Shown here: piece after piece, positions 15,528 to 20,000 of the stretch
Layout of the letters: each line of letters starts with the position of its first letter
Numbering within the stretch: position 1 is the stretch's first letter
Origin: an uncultured virus (IMG/VR IMGVR_UViG_3300035670_000036)
Lineage: Duplodnaviria > Heunggongvirae > Uroviricota > Caudoviricetes
Length of the DNA stretch: 20,000 nucleotides
IMG/VR virus record: IMGVR_UViG_3300035670_000036
Reading direction: 5' to 3' (one strand)
Translations under genes and position numbers: made by a program
Notes under the pieces: generated by a model
Seen by the model: only the letters and a program-made list of their open reading frames with translations
What the model was told of the DNA's origin: nothing
Databases searched by the model: none

Positions 15528-17376
15528 TGTATATAAAGTTTACATGATTTTCATCTTTTCCAAATCTACTTTCTACATTTAAGGGATTGTCTTTATTCTC
15601 CTTATATGCATAATCAATAACTCCTAATTCTTTAAATCTTTCATTTATTGCATCATTATAGAAATACATGATTGATCTAACTCTTCTCTGGATATCTGCT
15701 CTAGCTAAGTCATGTGTATTTCTTCCATTTGAATTATTGTATATGTATTGAAGATATCCTAATTTTGGTACTTTTACAAATTTAGTTTTTAGGAATGTTC
15801 TAACAATAAGTTCATAATCATCTGCGATGGATAGATTTCTATTGTGCCCTCCCACCGAAAAATATACATCTCTCCTCCATGTTCTTATGTGATTGGGTAC
15901 TCCTACGATATGTCTAATTGTTTTCGGATTGATATTAGGTGTATCTACTACGTCCCAGGTTTTTTCATAATCGTGGTGATACTCTTTCCTATATTTTCCA
16001 TACCCAAAACAAAAACCATCTGGGTATTTCATAGAGTTATGCCACTCATCTAGTTCTGCACTATCCGTATATATAAATCCTGCATCCGGAAAATTATTCG
16101 CCGCTTCTATTATATACTTAGCACAATCCGGCATTAAATAATCATCGTGGTCTAATTCTGCTAACCATCTGCCTTTAGTGAGCGTAGCTGCCCTGTACTT
16201 AGATTCGCCTATAATACCGCCTGATTTTTCTCTAAAGTCATACACTCTAACTCTATGATCCTGTGACGCTATCTCCAAAGCAATCTTTATCGTTTTACCT
16301 CCATCAGAAGAATCATTTACTATAACCCACTCCCAATCCGGATAAGTTTGACTTCTAACTGATTCATAGGTTCTCCAAAGTTTTTCTCCTGTATTATATA
16401 TCGGTGTGAAGAAAGAAACCACAGAATCATAGTCAGACCTAAGTATGCTATTCATTGCACAATTATACGCTATCTCTCCCGTATTATAAGCTATCCCTGT
16501 TTCCTTATCCTGGTGAAGATTTAAGTTTATCCATCTATTTCTCACATAGGAAGGCTGATTGCATAGATTTCTGTATTGGTCATAATAATCGTCGGAAATG
16601 CTTATGATAGAGTCTGGATTAAAGGAAGATAATATTTCGCTTATTTTTTCGTCGTTCTCAATATATTTCACATTTAAAGAATCGTCTTCATAATCCGCGT
16701 ACTTTATACTTTTTAATTCGGGTTTATCGGGTCCTAAATATAATACTTTTGGAACTCTAGCTTTCGGCTCACTTGTTAAAGCATTGTAATAGCATAGTGT
16801 TTTTTCTATGAAGCCAAAGTCATCAGGATATTCATCATATAATTTTTCTATGAATTTACCGTCAGCATCATATCCGGATTCGTATTTTAATTTTTGATGT
16901 AATTCCGTGTGTATGATATATTGTGCGGAATCAATATGTTTTAACTTCATGTGCTCCGGTCCGACTTTCCTTATATCTAACCCGGTAAAATCCCTACCAT
17001 TGACTTCTTGTTCATACGCGTAAGCAGCCTTTTTACTAGCTCTTATTTCGTCATTAAAGACATCAAAATAATTAGGATAACATACATTATCATCATCCAT
17101 AATTAAAACCCATCCTGTATTAAGATTACTTACAACATCGCTTATTTGAGGATATAAATAATCTGTACCATCACTTTCCACAAAATGTAAGTGAGCGTCT
17201 AACTTACTTAAATCTAAGAGCAATTTGGAATCAATATCAATCAAAGATGAAGTATCGAATAAGACATGCCAAAGTACACAATATTGATCATTTTCTGTGT
17301 AATTAAAACTATCATATATCTGTAAAAGATTTTGAGGTCTTGTACATCTGGTTATAACATGGAATCTAATCTTCAT
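15517..17376 (-). CDS. Double-domain glycosyltransferase (two GT-A/GT2 domains)
   Basis: N-domain HVITRCTR...LIMDDDN; C-domain FFTPIYNT...SVRSQTYPDWEWVIVNDS...ELDHDD...ADDYEL. Confidence 0.9.
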   Translation of the reverse strand: MKIRFHVITRCTRPQNLLQIYDSFNYTENDQYCVLWHVLFDTSSLIDIDSKLLLDLSKLDAHLHFVESDGTDYLYPQISDVVSNLNTGWVLIMDDDNVCYPNYFDVFNDEIRASKKAAYAYEQEVNGRDFTGLDIRKVGPEHMKLKHIDSAQYIIHTELHQKLKYESGYDADGKFIEKLYDEYPDDFGFIEKTLCYYNALTSEPKARVPKVLYLGPDKPELKSIKYADYEDDSLNVKYIENDEKISEILSSFNPDSIISISDDYYDQYRNLCNQPSYVRNRWINLNLHQDKETGIAYNTGEIAYNCAMNSILRSDYDSVVSFFTPIYNTGEKLWRTYESVRSQTYPDWEWVIVNDSSDGGKTIKIALEIASQDHRVRVYDFREKSGGIIGESKYRAATLTKGRWLAELDHDDYLMPDCAKYIIEAANNFPDAGFIYTDSAELDEWHNSMKYPDGFCFGYGKYRKEYHHDYEKTWDVVDTPNINPKTIRHIVGVPNHIRTWRRDVYFSVGGHNRNLSIADDYELIVRTFLKTKFVKVPKLGYLQYIYNNSNGRNTHDLARADIQRRVRSIMYFYNDAINERFKELGVIDYAYKENKDNPLNVESRFGKDENHVNFIYNDI

Positions 17377-18302
17377 ATATCAAAAAAGAATAAGTGAAAA
17401 AATCTGCTATTTTCTTTTGTGTCTCCAAAGTAATTTACGGCAGCATGTATATTTTTAGCATCGAATAAAACTAATCTATTATATACATTTGCAATATTAT
17501 CTACGAGTTCAAAAGATGTCTTATCATAAAAATTTAATCCGCTACTTCTTCCTTTGAATGTCTTCTCATAATCTCCCCCCTGTGCTTCTTCAAACTTTGT
17601 CTTATTTGTATAGATACTTTTATAAGTTGCTGTACCACTCTGTAAAGGTGCGTCCGGAGTTAAGTAAACCATGGCGGCGTAGTTTTGAGAATCTACATGA
17701 TAAACAATTGGATCTGTCGATATACAATACTGGAATTTACCATTAGCATAATTAGGATTGTTCCAATTGTATATGGGCCTTCCTAATATCTCCTCAAATC
17801 TTTCTAGTGTTCCATTTAGTATAAAAGAGGTCTCACTTCTTTTTCCTCTATGGTAATCAGATTCAGAGTACTTTAGATTATGAATTGCATAGCTTCTGAC
17901 TAAATCAGGTTGCATGTAAAAATTATCTACAACAATAATGTCTTTAGAAGCGTAAGGATTAAAACCTGAATTAAACACATGCCAGGAATCTAAAGTACCT
18001 ATATTTAAAATTTCAACTCCATTATCCAAAATAATATCTATAGGAGCATTTACATTAGAAGGTTTAACCATAAAAGTCCAACCTACTAAATCATTAGGTA
18101 AATCCGGGTAAACATCCTTAACATCTTTTCTAGGGTACAATCCATTTTGTAGATTTGTATATTCTACGTCTCCTATAATTATTTTTTTAATACTTCCCTC
18201 TGTACTGAAAATCCAACCGCTTACCTCGTACAAATCATTGTCAAATAATCGCATACTATCTATATGCCAAAAAACATTCTCAAAATTACTTTTATGTGTC
18301 AT
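17373..18302 (-). CDS. 2OG-Fe(II) oxygenase (DUF6445-like) with extra N-terminal beta domain
   Basis: IIVVDNFY, HVD (HxD), MVYLTPDAP..SGT, YNRLVLFD..NIHAA, SRFFHLFFFD. Confidence 0.85.
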   Translation of the reverse strand: MTHKSNFENVFWHIDSMRLFDNDLYEVSGWIFSTEGSIKKIIIGDVEYTNLQNGLYPRKDVKDVYPDLPNDLVGWTFMVKPSNVNAPIDIILDNGVEILNIGTLDSWHVFNSGFNPYASKDIIVVDNFYMQPDLVRSYAIHNLKYSESDYHRGKRSETSFILNGTLERFEEILGRPIYNWNNPNYANGKFQYCISTDPIVYHVDSQNYAAMVYLTPDAPLQSGTATYKSIYTNKTKFEEAQGGDYEKTFKGRSSGLNFYDKTSFELVDNIANVYNRLVLFDAKNIHAAVNYFGDTKENSRFFHLFFFDI

Positions 18303-18308
18303 AGCTTT

Positions 18309-18857
18309 TTACTTTATTTTTTTAATCCAACTAGTGTCCATGAATGTTTTATCCGGTTCTCCTAGTATTTCATTTATCCCTCTTACAACTCCATACCAAT
18401 TTAAATGATAATCATGTCCACCTATTAATCCATCTTTATTTAATAGAGGGAGATAATTAGTTATGTCTTTTTTTATCTGTTCGTAGGTATGTAGTCCATC
18501 TATATATATAAAATCAAATTTTTCATCTTTTAGTTCCTTTATAGCATCATCAGATGTCATTCTTATGTGTTTTATATTAGGATGACTGTTTATAACTTCT
18601 TTAAAAATATCATAAACCTTATCCAATGGCATAAATTGACATGTAATATCATTTGGATCATAATCATTAATAAACGGGTCAATTGAAATTACCTGTTTAA
18701 AATTTTCAGAAAAAATCCTAGTAGATTCACCAGCATAAGATCCAATTTCAATCATTGACATTTCTTCAGGCTTTTTATACTGTCTAATATAATTAATTAG
18801 ATCAACAAGTCCTTGCGTATATGTCTGATCACGCATTTGAAATAAATCATTTACCAT
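18309..18857 (-). CDS. Class I SAM-dependent methyltransferase (Methyltransf_24-like)
   Basis: MIEIGSYAGEST, FDFIYIDGLHTYE, GLIGGHDY. Confidence 0.9.
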   Translation of the reverse strand: MVNDLFQMRDQTYTQGLVDLINYIRQYKKPEEMSMIEIGSYAGESTRIFSENFKQVISIDPFINDYDPNDITCQFMPLDKVYDIFKEVINSHPNIKHIRMTSDDAIKELKDEKFDFIYIDGLHTYEQIKKDITNYLPLLNKDGLIGGHDYHLNWYGVVRGINEILGEPDKTFMDTSWIKKIK

Positions 18858-18870
18858 ATTTCACTTTTTA

Positions 18871-19791
18871 TCAACCTAAATTTGCTACATAATCGTGTCC
18901 ATGTCTTTCCATATCGGTATAATTTTTAGAATGGTCACATAATTTACAAAATAACTCTTCCGGGAAAAAATAGCCATACTTACATCCCCCACATCCTGTT
19001 TCAAGATATTTTCTACATGTTTTTATTTCACTACAAAGATTTTCATATTTTTCATAGTAATTCCATGATTCACAATGTACCATATTTCCGAGTAAGAGGT
19101 AAGCCGAATTAAGAACAAATGCCCTAGACTCAGCATCTATCTCGGCTTGACCCCACATAGGTAAACCTTTTAATTCAGCCGGATTTCCTTCGTCGTCATA
19201 GAATTCTTTCAAAGGTAAAACTCCGGCATCATAAAAATCTTTAGTTCGTCTTATGTGAGGATTATTTACATACTCCTTTTTTATTAATTCGAGATATTTG
19301 TTTTTAAGTTGTACTATATTTTTTATATTGTCTTCCTTTATCCAATATCCTAAACCGTACTGCCTATCATCATAATCACTAATATATCTTCTTAATAACA
19401 CTTGACTAATGGTTTTGTTCTGCTCCATGTAATTTAAACAATCTCTTAACCAATCCTCTTGACCAGAAATATCGCGGGGCAAACAAATCCAATCTCCTTC
19501 TAAAAATAAAACATATTCATAATCCTTAACTAACGAATTAAGGTAGTTTATCCCTACTCCACATCCCATGTTTTTTTCAGAAAATGAGTATGTAAAATTA
19601 ATTACATCTTTATAATTTTCAATACATTCTTTTACCACATCGTCAATCAATTCATTTTTACCATTACAATGAATATACCAATCAATGATGCCATCAAATT
19701 CTGTATTATTAATGAAACTATCTATTGTTCTTTTTAAATAAACATCTCTGCTAGTATCATTGTGAGTTAGGGTAGCTATGCAAAATTTCAT
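18871..19791 (-). CDS. GT-A fold glycosyltransferase-like protein with Cys-rich C-terminus
   Basis: IATLTHN..YLKRTIDSF, NMGCGVGINYL, VLFLEGDW; C-terminal CGGC and CKLC. Confidence 0.7.
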   Translation of the reverse strand: MKFCIATLTHNDTSRDVYLKRTIDSFINNTEFDGIIDWYIHCNGKNELIDDVVKECIENYKDVINFTYSFSEKNMGCGVGINYLNSLVKDYEYVLFLEGDWICLPRDISGQEDWLRDCLNYMEQNKTISQVLLRRYISDYDDRQYGLGYWIKEDNIKNIVQLKNKYLELIKKEYVNNPHIRRTKDFYDAGVLPLKEFYDDEGNPAELKGLPMWGQAEIDAESRAFVLNSAYLLLGNMVHCESWNYYEKYENLCSEIKTCRKYLETGCGGCKYGYFFPEELFCKLCDHSKNYTDMERHGHDYVANLG

Positions 19792-19998
19792 CTATATGTT
19801 ATTTACTATAAAATTAATATCAAACATTTCATCCAATGTGCTATAAGGACATTCATGCACATTATAATCAAATTGATAATCAAACAAGTATGAACCAATT
19901 AACTGGTTCTTGTTTTTGGGTGGATTTGCAACAATATTATTATGCAAGTCATACCCAAAAACCTTGGGCGATGTTCCAACCCAAAACACCGTTGACCG
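19792..19998 (-). CDS. C-terminal fragment of GT9-like (heptosyltransferase-like, GT-B) glycosyltransferase, truncated by window edge
   Basis: Frame open to the window edge: RSTVFWVGTSPKVFGYDLHNNI resembles the GT9 C-terminal signature. Confidence 0.65.
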   Translation of the reverse strand, partial: RSTVFWVGTSPKVFGYDLHNNIVANPPKNKNQLIGSYLFDYQFDYNVHECPYSTLDEMFDINFIVNNI

Positions 19999-20000
19999 CA

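Larger units (their letters stand above)
1..20000. mobile_element. Segment of a large tailed bacteriophage genome, probable Bacteroidota host
   Basis: Tightly packed short ORFs; phage-typical families (RNA ligase, ThyX, DUF4326, YopX, DUF5856, amidase endolysin, GT/2OG/MTase cluster); no cellular housekeeping operons; Bacteroidota-type promoters. Confidence 0.9.

Noticed and set aside
1..20000. Stop-codon reassignment (TAG/TGA recoding seen in some Bacteroidota phages)
   Set aside because: Recognisable genes are full-length in the standard code, coding density is high, and TAG ends genes at natural positions (2454, 6733)
1..20000. CRISPR array, tRNA genes, introns or inteins
   Set aside because: No regularly spaced repeats, cloverleaf/T-loop consensus or interrupted conserved genes were seen

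Overview
AT-rich (roughly 30% GC by eye), densely coding segment of a large tailed dsDNA phage genome. The host is probably a Bacteroidota (Flavobacterium-like) bacterium: four TTG-N19/20-TAnnTTTG promoters, no Shine-Dalgarno sites, and a Bacteroidota-type SPOR-like domain. The + strand block (1-9157) looks early/middle: P-loop kinase, metallophosphoesterase, DUF4326, OB-fold RNA ligase, PAP2 phosphatase, ThyX, a secreted SPOR-like protein and small hypotheticals. The mostly - strand block (9141-20000) holds a Dps-like DUF5856 protein, an operon of AT-hook protein / TerS-like protein / two tandem ParB-domain proteins, a sulfotransferase, YopX (+ strand), an amidase endolysin, and a glycosyltransferase / 2OG-oxygenase / methyltransferase cluster. 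Highlights: a candidate pseudoknotted ncRNA at 1367-1489; the tandem ParB + TerS-like module with no methylase; strong CCGG enrichment; a recurring TATTTATW..AAAA upstream motif; and a duplicated kinase 3' end marking a gene insertion. All family calls come from motif recognition, not database searches.
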